A DNA stretch of 64,000 bases from NCBI GenBank assembly GCA_000091205.1, contig AP006486.2; one strand, 5' to 3'. Below are positions 1 through 9,555 of the stretch, piece after piece (positions within the stretch are counted from its first letter, which is position 1; every line of letters begins with the position of its first letter). The notes beneath the pieces were generated by a model. That model saw only the letters and a list, made by a program, of their open reading frames with translations, was not told the DNA's origin and did no database searches. The stretch is from Cyanidioschyzon merolae. Taxonomy: Eukaryota. A program made the translations under genes and the position numbers.

Positions 1-30
1 ACAGGCGCAACCCGCGCTCTAAGTTTTGAG

Positions 31-381
31 ATGCTCAATCGACAGCTTGTCTGGGAGGGCTTCACGGAACTTGCGATATCGGTGATACCCATCTTGCAGT
101 CACCGCTTCTGCATCGAATCCTGAGGAAGGCCGTTTTCCATGGCCGTTTTGGAGCAGCATCGCGTGAAGTTGTGTCTCAAGAGCACTCGGGCAAAATCCG
201 ATGCCGACTTTGCGGAAAATCGAGACCTCTTATGCCGCACATTCTCATCCCATGCCGACATCTTTTCTGCTACGTCTGCATGGCTATGAAAATACGTACC
301 AATGGCTCGGAGGGATGTCCGTATTGTGGGTCTGAGTTTGAGCGGGCTGAAAGCGTGATTCCATCTCAGATGGTCATGTGA
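31..381 (+). CDS. Small RING-finger (C3HC4-type) protein. The reading frame is open to the window edge, so the ORF may be 5'-truncated.
   Basis: The translation contains CRLC-x13-CRHLFCYVC-x12-CPYC, which fits the RING-HC spacing Cx2C...CxHx2Cx2C...Cx2C. There is no in-frame stop between position 1 and the ATG at 31. Confidence 0.5.
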   Translation: MLNRQLVWEGFTELAISVIPILQSPLLHRILRKAVFHGRFGAASREVVSQEHSGKIRCRLCGKSRPLMPHILIPCRHLFCYVCMAMKIRTNGSEGCPYCGSEFERAESVIPSQMVM

Positions 382-791
382 AAAACTGGATCCAGCGGGC
401 GTTAGACATCCGCAAAACGGCGCGTCTGCACTGTGCGATCTATTTACCTCCTAAATTTTAACTTTTCTTTGTGGATCTGTTGGAGTACTCAGAAATCTGC
501 GTTGCTGTCGGATTGCGCTAAGAGGTCTGATCACGATTGTTTCCAAGAATGTACACGAAATTGTGATTTTTAGCACTTCATCGGAGTCACACTGCTGCTT
601 GCGTATACTGGATATTTGGAAAGCAGCTGAAGGCTGAAAGCCCCAAAAGCAATTTCATGCGCACGATGCTCCGCTAGACTCTAGGAGGGGAACTTCAAAA
701 TGGTGGAAAGAGCCAGACAGATCCCTTCTAGGAAATTACGCAACACCGGTGCAAACTTATGCCGGCAAAACGGACTAGGTCATGTGTCGTT

Positions 792-3329
792 TCAGGCGGT
801 CTTCAAAGTGGAATCTTGTGAATGTACGGGGTTCGGATGGGAAACCTGAGCACCAACGAGCATACGGCTATGTACTGGCGAAGCGATGTCGATGCGTGTC
901 CTTTGACGCTGCTGAGGCTGAGCTTCTCTATTCGAGCAATGGTCGCTAGGTGCGTCCGCGCCGGTGTGCTGCGCTGACCCCGGCGCAAGGCAACTTGACG
1001 TCCACGAATAGTGGGAGCGAAATGCCTCTCTCTCTTGAAGCTCATTCAGTACTGTTCGCCAGCTGGCGCTCGGTGCTGCAAAGCGTAACGCGTATAGTGC
1101 ATAGCCTTTCCAGAAGCTCGCGATTGGTTCATCTGCAGCGTCGTTAGCCTCGGTACCACTAACGCCTTTTGGTATGTCAGAAAACTGCTGCTCAAGTGTT
1201 GCCGGTCGGTCCCGCAACGCCGTGGCGACCTCTGCTACGCCACGGAGCCATACCTCAAGCATGGCGCGCGCTGCCTGGAAAAGCCATTCAGTTATCTCCT
1301 TGTCTAGCGCTCCAAGGTCTTCCTGGTCATAAAACAGCCGCAGGCTATCCACTATGTGACAAAAAGCATATGCCAAAAGAAGTGGAACCCAGCGCAGCCC
1401 ACGCTCGAACAGCTGCACCAGGCTTGTCACACTGCAAATGCGGCCGGAAGCAATATCTGTAGTGAATCCACGAATCCGCTCCTTGAGCTGCCGCAGGAAA
1501 TGCTTTTTCATGTTTGGAAATGCACGACATATCAAGCTAAATTCCTTCATTATGCGCTGTGTGCAGCTCTCGATTTCATTCCAGGTACAGGTCGCATACC
1601 AGAGCGGGGATTCCGCCTCAGGCATGCCCACCGTATAAGCAACAGACTGATTAGGTTCGCATGAGTACGCCGCCTGGACCAGTTGACAGTCAAGCAAAGG
1701 TCCCGACTTTGGGCTGATGCGCTCCAACGAAATATGTAGCGTTTCCGGTATTGATGTGGAGAACACCGAGCGGAATCGGGACGGACGCATTTTCCTTGCA
1801 ACTGACGAGAAGTCCGCGAGTTTCGGTATGCAAAGAGCAGTACTCACCTGTTCTTCATGCAGCAAAGCTCTTCCATCTCGAACACACTCGCCAATGAGTC
1901 GATGCAAAATCTGTGTATAGCCGTCTACCAGATCTTCCGCATGCTGCGACAGCACGGCGGGAACCAGTTTTTCTAGCGGCCTCATCAACATAGTGAGAAT
2001 CTCTGCTTGTAAAGCGGCGAAAAACCCCGGCGCTGCGGGGCCTTTCGCTGTTCGTGATCGCCCCAAGCGACAAGCGCTATCAAGTTCCTGAAGCAAGCCA
2101 GTGAGTGAGGCGGCGGTTGCCTTGTTCGCTCCGTGGTCCGCCAGCTTCTCGACGACTGTGTCTAGCATCTGCCAAATCTGTTTTGTATATGCATCAAGCA
2201 GAGACTCTTGTTTTGGTGCCGGTGTGGATACAATAGTCGGTCGCAGCCGGAGGGGTTCGCAGTCCGGGGAGCGCTCCGGGTGGTCACCATACCCGTCGAC
2301 CAGATCCAGCGGCTGGGCAGACCAAATAGAGAGCGTGACTGCCTCGTGATTTGCAGATTGCTCCTCGAGGCTCGCAAATGCCCCAAGGAATGAAATGACT
2401 GCACAAAAAGCCTGTCGCACCAATGTAAGCGTGACTTCAGGTCCACGGCTGCGCATCCGTTCGCAAACAATCCGACTGTGACTCTGAAACAGAGTATGCA
2501 GCATCTCGCCTAAATCCATGCCGAGGTCGATCTGGAGCCAGAGGAGCGCAGCAAAGCGCTTTCGCCGTTCAGACATTGGATACTCTATCGAAGAACTATC
2601 AAAGCACATGCTACATGCCGTCATTCTAGCTCGCTCTACGATCTCTTCTCGGAGCAGTGCACATTGTTCATGCAGCCTCACTCGTAGCTCGTGAATGAGA
2701 CTTTCAGAACGCAGTGTTGCGGTTTTCGTATCCTCCACAGGATTCCCCAGGGCGGCCTTGCTGCGTACGTATAGGGCATGCGCCTTCACAAGTTCTAGCC
2801 ACGAGCCATCCTCCAGCGCAGAGCAGGCACGCTCGAGAAGGCGCCGAGCCAAGCGGAGGCATTGCACTTGGGCCAGCAGGTCCAAGGGCGCTGCTGAGGG
2901 GTTTCGCGTTGCCGCTAGGTGGCAAGGTTGGACGTCCAGAGACTTCCACGTTGCGTCCCGGCGAAGTCGGTAAGAGAAAGGTGCAACGCTTCCTTCAGCT
3001 GACCCGCGAGAGCGCGCTTCGAGTTGCTCGTTTTCCCTCGATCCGTATCCCGCAAGCGACTCGTCCGACTTGGTTCCCAGCGGCGTACCCTGCTGAGAGA
3101 CCGCTTCCGATGAAGGACAACGCACACGAGAAGAGGTTTGGGCTGCAGCTCCGCGATCGCTTTCCTGCAAGGTCTCCAAGGTTCCGCACAACAAGTGCGC
3201 CCGCCTTGCAACAAATTCTAACGCGCTTGCAGCTTTTACAACAGAGGGATACACCAGCAAGAGGTTAGGCACCTCCTGTTGCATACCCCGAGCACCAGCG
3301 GAGTTGGAGCTATGAGGTTCCATCAACAA
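792..3329 (-). CDS. Large hypothetical protein (845-aa ORF, Leu/Ala/Arg-rich, probably helical). I recognise no family.
   Basis: It is the longest uninterrupted ORF in this part of the window. The antisense and overlapping ORFs inside it are short and low-complexity. The N-terminal Met is not determined. Confidence 0.4.
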   Translation of the reverse strand: MLMEPHSSNSAGARGMQQEVPNLLLVYPSVVKAASALEFVARRAHLLCGTLETLQESDRGAAAQTSSRVRCPSSEAVSQQGTPLGTKSDESLAGYGSRENEQLEARSRGSAEGSVAPFSYRLRRDATWKSLDVQPCHLAATRNPSAAPLDLLAQVQCLRLARRLLERACSALEDGSWLELVKAHALYVRSKAALGNPVEDTKTATLRSESLIHELRVRLHEQCALLREEIVERARMTACSMCFDSSSIEYPMSERRKRFAALLWLQIDLGMDLGEMLHTLFQSHSRIVCERMRSRGPEVTLTLVRQAFCAVISFLGAFASLEEQSANHEAVTLSIWSAQPLDLVDGYGDHPERSPDCEPLRLRPTIVSTPAPKQESLLDAYTKQIWQMLDTVVEKLADHGANKATAASLTGLLQELDSACRLGRSRTAKGPAAPGFFAALQAEILTMLMRPLEKLVPAVLSQHAEDLVDGYTQILHRLIGECVRDGRALLHEEQVSTALCIPKLADFSSVARKMRPSRFRSVFSTSIPETLHISLERISPKSGPLLDCQLVQAAYSCEPNQSVAYTVGMPEAESPLWYATCTWNEIESCTQRIMKEFSLICRAFPNMKKHFLRQLKERIRGFTTDIASGRICSVTSLVQLFERGLRWVPLLLAYAFCHIVDSLRLFYDQEDLGALDKEITEWLFQAARAMLEVWLRGVAEVATALRDRPATLEQQFSDIPKGVSGTEANDAADEPIASFWKGYALYALRFAAPSASWRTVLNELQEREAFRSHYSWTSSCLAPGSAQHTGADAPSDHCSNREAQPQQRQRTRIDIASPVHSRMLVGAQVSHPNPVHSQDSTLKTA

Positions 3330-4651
3330 AAAGGGCCACAGCGTTCGGCACCCTGGCGCAAGCTTGCCTTAAGCAGTTACGTCACACGCATTCACTGAAG
3401 CACCTTCCAGTGGAGTCCAGCGGTAAACGACGCAAGTGTGCCGAACTCAACCCGGTGGACAAACAAAGTCAATCTACCATCATCAGTCGACGTCCTGGTT
3501 AGCGTTTTCAATTGGTAGGTTCGCTAAACCCCTTCAAGATTATCCCCGATCTGCAGATGCTCGAATCGCTCTGCATGCCGGTGCACGCTGCCAGCTGCAT
3601 CATGTGTTCTTGTCCTATGTTACCTGCATTCGCTGCCGACGGTCTTGCCGTCCACGCATCTATCGTACATCATCCAAACAGGTCACGCAGGCGCCCCTAC
3701 CCACTTGCGCGGAGAACCGCGGATCCGAAACTTACCACGATTTCAGGCCTCTTTTGCTTGATCCACTTGGCTCCGTTGTGCACCATCCGTCCTATGGAGA
3801 AGCTCATCACTGAGGGCTTCAAAGGTGTGCGACGAGCACCTGTGATACTCATAGCCGTTCAGCTGGGCTATTCCTATGTGGCAAGCTAGTAGATTAGCCT
3901 AGACCAGGCATTTAGTGTGTGTTAAAGAATAATATCTGTAGCGCGAACTTATTTGCGAGACGTGATATGCGCCATTGCCCATCCCTTGACTCTGCGCTGC
4001 CCTTGCGTTGGGGAGAATTGCTGTCTCTTCCAGAATGCCGCGGTTTCGAATCGCAACGAGTATATTTGTTGAGATGTGTCAATCGCGTCTGGGAGCGACG
4101 CACACAGCGCCCTGGCGCGAACGCAGCACACGCAGCGTGGCAGCTTCTGAGTCGAGCGATCGACTTCTATTCGATTGTTTAGTATGCAGTGTGGGTATTG
4201 TGCTGGAATGCTGCGGACTCTCGATGAAAAACATCATGTATCATCAGAGCGGCGATTAAGTCCCCGCTTGGGGCAAGCCACTTGTATGGTACGGTCTGCA
4301 CTGTATCAAGGCTGGACTGCCATATACTTTCGCCACGAACAATGTTCGTGGGTAACTGTTAAACTATAATTGTGTTTCATTCATCAACATGACGGAGAAT
4401 AAATCCACCAATCACATAACATGTACAAAACGTACAGACCGATTGGGCTGCAATCACCTCGGCAGGTGCGGAACGGGCACCGCATCCCCGAGGTGAGCCT
4501 GGCTCTCTGGAGCGGGCGCGCTGAGAACACCGGCCAGTAACGGGATCACTCCCACGCGAAGCGCTTCGAAATATCAAAGAACATTCTTCGTTTCGTTGAG
4601 CGTTTAACGGCATTGCCACGTGAAATTCCTCTCGTTTGGAAGTAGACGTTT

Positions 4652-5824
4652 TTGACTGTTATGGCTTTCGTGTGCTATCCGCTGTTTACAAGTGCAAAGT
4701 TTCGTGTCATACCCGCACACGGTCTGCATTCGAGGAGCAGCACGCTGTGGAAGGGCACTACTGCGGGACGGCATGCGGCTGGTAGGGCTCTTGTCGCCTC
4801 TTCAACAGCCCGCGGCGCTCTCACACTTCGAGGCAACGCGGCGGGCGCTCCTCGACGCCCTTTGCAACCGCTGCTTGCGAAAGGTGCGGCCGTGCTCGCG
4901 GCTTTAGCTGTTGCAATCTCTCCGTTGCTTGGTGACCCAGAAGCCGCACTTGCAGCACAGGGAGGCGGTCGGGTCGGTGGCTCGTCTTTTCGGGCACCGG
5001 CGACTCGGAGCGCACCGCCTCGGAGCTATCGCGCTCCTTCCGGGGGTATTGGAGGATATTATTATAGCCCGGCACCAGTTTTGCCTTTCACGCCCTTCTA
5101 CTTCGGGCCAGTGGTTGTGCCGTTTGGTTTCACCGGAATAGGGACTTTTCTTCTTGCGGCGGCATTCTTCGCGTTTGCCACACGTGCTCTAAGCTCGAAT
5201 CTATCCGGTCTTGGAGTTTCTGCTGCCGCAGAGGATAGTGAACTGGCCGCAGAACAGACGACGCTGGTGAAGCTTAAGGTGGGTTTGCTCAGTACAGCTC
5301 GCGAGCTGCAACAGGAACTGGAAGAAATTGCGCTCCGCAGTAAGACAGATTCTATTGTCGGCCTGCAGCAGGTCTTACAGGAGACAACGCTTGCGTTGTA
5401 CCGAAACCCTGACTATTGGAGCTTCGGGAGCGTAAACGTGAAGCGCACGTCGCTCTCAGAGGCAGAGGCTGCATTCAACAACGAGTCTTTCGCTGAACGC
5501 GGGAAACTTGAGAAAGAGACACTATCAAATTTTGGTGGACAGATTGATATTCGGAAGCGGGAGGTTGCAGAACGCGACTCCACCGACATGCGAGTACCCG
5601 AGTTTATTGTGGTCACACTGATTGTTGCTGCGTCTGGCCGAGTTCCAGGCGTTCCTACAGAGATTCGAAGAAGCAGTGACATCGAGGCGGCGCTTCGGGC
5701 ACTTAGCAGCATCCCGCGGGAAGCACTCCAGGGCGTGGAGGTCATCTGGTCACCTCAGTCGCGCGAGGATGCGCTTACTGAGAGCGAAATGCTCGCTGAC
5801 CATCCGGAGCTGGTGCGAATATAG
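4652..5824 (+). CDS. DUF1517-family protein (glycine-rich N-region followed by a conserved C-terminal domain; plant/cyanobacterial FLAP1-like), probably organelle-targeted.
   Basis: The N-terminus is Ser/Ala/Arg-rich, followed by a Gly-rich stretch (GGGRVGGSSFRAP...GGIGGYYYSPAP) and a hydrophobic segment. The C-terminal blocks LVKLKVGLLSTAREL, ETTLALYRNPDYW, ERGKLEKETLSNF, EFIVVTLIVAASG and VEVIWSPQSREDALTESEMLADHPEL match my recollection of DUF1517 architecture. Confidence 0.5.
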   Translation: MTVMAFVCYPLFTSAKFRVIPAHGLHSRSSTLWKGTTAGRHAAGRALVASSTARGALTLRGNAAGAPRRPLQPLLAKGAAVLAALAVAISPLLGDPEAALAAQGGGRVGGSSFRAPATRSAPPRSYRAPSGGIGGYYYSPAPVLPFTPFYFGPVVVPFGFTGIGTFLLAAAFFAFATRALSSNLSGLGVSAAAEDSELAAEQTTLVKLKVGLLSTARELQQELEEIALRSKTDSIVGLQQVLQETTLALYRNPDYWSFGSVNVKRTSLSEAEAAFNNESFAERGKLEKETLSNFGGQIDIRKREVAERDSTDMRVPEFIVVTLIVAASGRVPGVPTEIRRSSDIEAALRALSSIPREALQGVEVIWSPQSREDALTESEMLADHPELVRI

Positions 5825-6735
5825 AGTGATGCGGAGTCCACCGAATACCAGAAACGGAGGTTCGCTCTCGGAAGGCGAAATCGTTAGGAACACGAGATCC
5901 AGCGTGGATATCGATGTGGATTTGGTTCGTCGCATATAGCAAGGTCGATACGGCGGCCCGCATCAGCAGGTCTCCTGCAACGTCATCCGTTCCATGCGCT
6001 CCGTGACATCAATGCTGTCACCTCCAGTGTCATTCCTAACTCATCGAAAGCGATACTTTAAAGCGGAAGCGCGGACCCCACAGAGTGGACGCATCTCGCT
6101 GAAACCCAGAATAGAATCGTGGGTTTGGTGCTCTGTGCATGTGGCCCACGCCCAGCGCTGAACTACGGAAATCTGGCTTGTGGACTGGTACGCAAGACCT
6201 GCGTGGCAATACGAGCGGGGCACCCATATGAAGTATCCATGTGCGTCTTGCACAGAATGCGATGTGCGACCCAAAAAGCGAGCACTCGATGGCGGCGACA
6301 TATCTCCCCAGGAATTGCCCCTCTTGCCGCTCTCGATTGTTGGGTTCGCGAGAAACACCGGAACTTTTATATTCTTTGGAAAGAGGCAAACAGTGCGCGA
6401 GAACTGAGCAGCGTTGCAAGTCTGTAGTCCATAGCTGCTGATTCAGTGCGTTGACAGAGGGTAATATGCTGGAAGTGGGGCGCAACGTGTTTCAGAAAGT
6501 TGTACAGAAATGCCCAACCGGTTGCGGCAGCATGCATGCGCCGCCCCAGCACCTCCAAGGCTATGGTGGCGGTTTGCTGCGGGCGTTCTGCGGATCTCAA
6601 GCCGGATCTTCGGGTTTGCGGGCAAGGCGCTTCATGTTCGTTGCAGGTAGAGTCGAGAGCGCGTTTTTCTCGCGAAAAACAACAAGGGTTTTGTCTAGAT
6701 ATAAGACTTCGAAAAGTAGAATTTCCAGGTGTAAA

Positions 6736-7239
6736 ATGAGCTTTAACGGGGGGTTTCTCGGAAAGAACGCCGTGTTCGCACAGACGATGCTTCGAATCAA
6801 GGACCCCTCAAAGTCGCGGCAGTTTTACGAGGCGCTGGGTATGAACTTTCTGACGCGCTTCGACTTTCCGGAACTGTCATTCTCCCTCTATTTCTTCGCA
6901 CTGGAGAAGGATCCAACAGTGCCGGCGGAAGATGCTCCACAACCAGAGCGGGCAAAGTGGCTTTTCTCGCGTCAGTACCCGACTCTTGAGCTTACACATA
7001 ACTGGGGAACTGAGAAGGATCCGAATTTCAAGTACGCAAACGGGAATACGGAGCCGGGTAAGGGCTACGGTCACATCGGCTTTCTCGTGGATGATCTCTA
7101 CGCGAGCTGTGCCGCCGTAGAGAAAGCGGGTTATGTCGTGTCGCGGAAACCGGGACCCTTCCAGAACGTGGGCGAAATTGCTTTCGTACGGGACCCGGAC
7201 GACTACTGGATTGAGTTAATCCAAAAACCCAAGTCTTGA
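6736..7239 (+). CDS. GLO1: Lactoylglutathione lyase (glyoxalase I).
   Basis: AQTMLRIKDPSKSRQFYEALGMNFLTRFDFPELSFSLYFFALE...LELTHNWGTEKDP...GYGHIGFLVDD...FVRDPDDYWIELIQ is near-colinear with animal and plant GLO1. The ORF is open back to 6451, but the Met at 6736 gives the canonical ~168-aa protein. Confidence 0.9.
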   Translation: MSFNGGFLGKNAVFAQTMLRIKDPSKSRQFYEALGMNFLTRFDFPELSFSLYFFALEKDPTVPAEDAPQPERAKWLFSRQYPTLELTHNWGTEKDPNFKYANGNTEPGKGYGHIGFLVDDLYASCAAVEKAGYVVSRKPGPFQNVGEIAFVRDPDDYWIELIQKPKS

Positions 7240-8452
7240 GCAGAACGTGCGCATGGATTTTAGAAGCAGGCGATGCGGACGAATGTCTGGGAGTCTCCGA
7301 AAGAGTCACTGTTTCGTCGGTGCAATGATAAGCAGCCCGTTTCAAGGTTGCCCGTATCCGGTGATTTCGGGAAAAACGCGAGTTTCCTGTCGAACTCGTC
7401 GGCATAACGATAGAGCGGGGGAATTTTACAGGCAAACTTGGGGCCACTGTGCTTCGGATGTAGAAGCCACGACAGCGCCAAAAAGGTCACCTCACTTGCG
7501 CTTCCACGCGGAGGCTCCTGCTTAGAAAGATGCTCGGCGCGAAGCGTTGGCATTTGGATTACGAGACTGTTTGTACCTGCTCGCCGGTTCTGGCCGGATT
7601 AAACACAAATCTTAGAGAGCACTGCACAGCTATGATTCTGGTTCACAGCTGGAGAAGAAGCAGCTGCCAGTTAGGGCGCATAGACTGGTGGCAGCGCTCA
7701 CAAATTTGGGTGAGATGTGGACGGATATCGCCGGGAGTTCTCTAAGGGGCTAGCATGAACGGATTGCATCTACGGCCTGGAAGTCTGGCGCATCTGGAGC
7801 GATCTGGAACCGTAAACTTCTTGCCGACACGGCAAATCAGCTTTCGTTGCTGCTATTGAGTATCCTGCATCCGCATTTTCTTGAAACTTTCACGCTTTGC
7901 AATTGCGTCGAATCCAACTTACTGGTCGAAAACAGCTCAAAACTGGGACCAACACTCGCCAAGTAGCTGCTCGGCATACATATTTGGGAAGCGAATCCAT
8001 CCGCGTCGATATAGGGTTCTGATGCTGTTGCATACCAGCAACACAAGCACCTTGGCAGATGCACACGTCGCTTCGGCATCTGTTGCGTGCCACAGAGAAG
8101 TGCATATCGCCGTATGCGCATCGATTTCCAAAGATGAACGCTGAAAGACGACCGGGACTTCGGCGCGATTCACCGCACCGGAGGCTGTACAATTGTAGGG
8201 CGCTTTATTATTTGACATTCTACTTTCACATAAGTTTCAAACCGAGTGGTGTTCCGGGACAAGACGGGTGTTACTGGATATCGTGTTGTCCAGTTGTCAA
8301 CGGATTGGTGTAAAATTTTTCTGTTACAACACAGCTGAGGCCTTTTTGCTATGCAACTGGGCGAGTAGACCGGATACGTGGCCCAATCTAAGGCTTCCTT
8401 ACTCGACCCTCCGGCACTGAAAGTAAGCTGAATCCGATAAGCATCTCACAAC

Positions 8453-9555
8453 ATGAGCTGCAAAGGTGCAGCTTTTGGGTTCGCCACTCTAAATGGCTTG
8501 TCAGTTCGGAGGCATTTGTTTTGTAGGAGTTCGGCAAATCTTCGAGTCTGCGGGAAGCTTTTTACTGGTTCACAATATCCACGTGCTCCAAGGTATTTTT
8601 TGGTGCACACTGACAAGAGTGCCGGCAACACTCCAAGTACACGAGGTTGGGAGGAATATGCGGGAAACTTTACTTTCAGGCCTCCGCACGTTATCGCAAG
8701 GCCCTCACAGCGCATAGCCTACAGGATTGGAAACGGTACACCGCTGCCTCCCAAAGCCCTCGTTCATTTTCTCGGGGGCGCCTTCATTGGCGCCGCGCCG
8801 CAGGTTGCGTATCGATGGTTTCTCGAGCAGTTGGCTTTAAAGGGCTTCGTAGTAGCCGCGACGCCGTATCGACTTTCCTTCGATCACCTTTGGACGATGG
8901 ATGACGTGCTCACCAGGTTTTCAGCAGCAGCGGGAATGCTCGCTCTAGATTATGATCCTATCCCTGTTGATGGGATCGGTCGCTCCTTGGGCGCTCTCCT
9001 GCACACCCTTGGAGGCAGCTTGTTTTGCAACGCGGATGGGTACAAGGCTGCCGATGTACTGATTGCATTTAATAATCGCCGCGCGGAAGATGCGATACCT
9101 TTATTCAGAGAGCTTATCGCGCCCGTAATTAAGACAGTTGCCGGACTGGTGAACTCTCTGATGTGATCCAGCGACTCGTTATCGATGGGCCTGAGACCTC
9201 TGACACTCTGTTCGACACTGTTACAGATGATGTGTTCCCTGGTTCTCGGGATAGTGAGCTTTTCGCCTTGGTGCGACAGTCAAGGGCGCTTGCGCAGCAG
9301 ATTCCACCTTTATTTGCTGAGGTCGCTGATGGAGCTTTTGCATTCAACCCTGATCCTATCGAGGTCATGGAGGCAATTCGCACACTATACAAAGTTCGTC
9401 AAACGCTTATTGTGAGCTTCGAAAACGATATCCTCGATGACTCGCGTTCGCTCCAGAAAGCACTAGACCCTGAGCGAGGCGGTACAGTAATCCGTCACGG
9501 GGGAACTCATTTAACCCACTGCGCACAGGATTTCCTGACCCACGGCTCCGAATAA
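8453..9555 (+). CDS. DUF1350-family protein (plant/cyanobacterial alpha/beta-fold family). The reading frame switches between ~9133 and 9171, which implies a tiny intron, a 1-nt indel or a pseudogene.
   Basis: VHFLGGAFIGAAPQVAYRWFLEQLALKGFVVAATPYRLSFDHL matches the DUF1350 core as I remember it (GGAFxGAxPQxxYRxxLExLA...ATPY..FDH). ORF 8453-9166 (frame 2) and ORF 9163-9555 (frame 1) together give ~367 aa, the right length for one protein. Confidence 0.55.

Noticed and set aside
2714-3268. There are many 60-230-aa ORFs nested antisense or out of frame inside long genes, for example 2714-3268 in the 845-aa ORF, 48126-48809 in KCS and 57585-58271 in CRY-DASH.
   Set aside because: These are expected by chance in GC-rich coding sequence. 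Their translations are low-complexity and Arg/Ser/Pro/Ala-rich, with no motifs.
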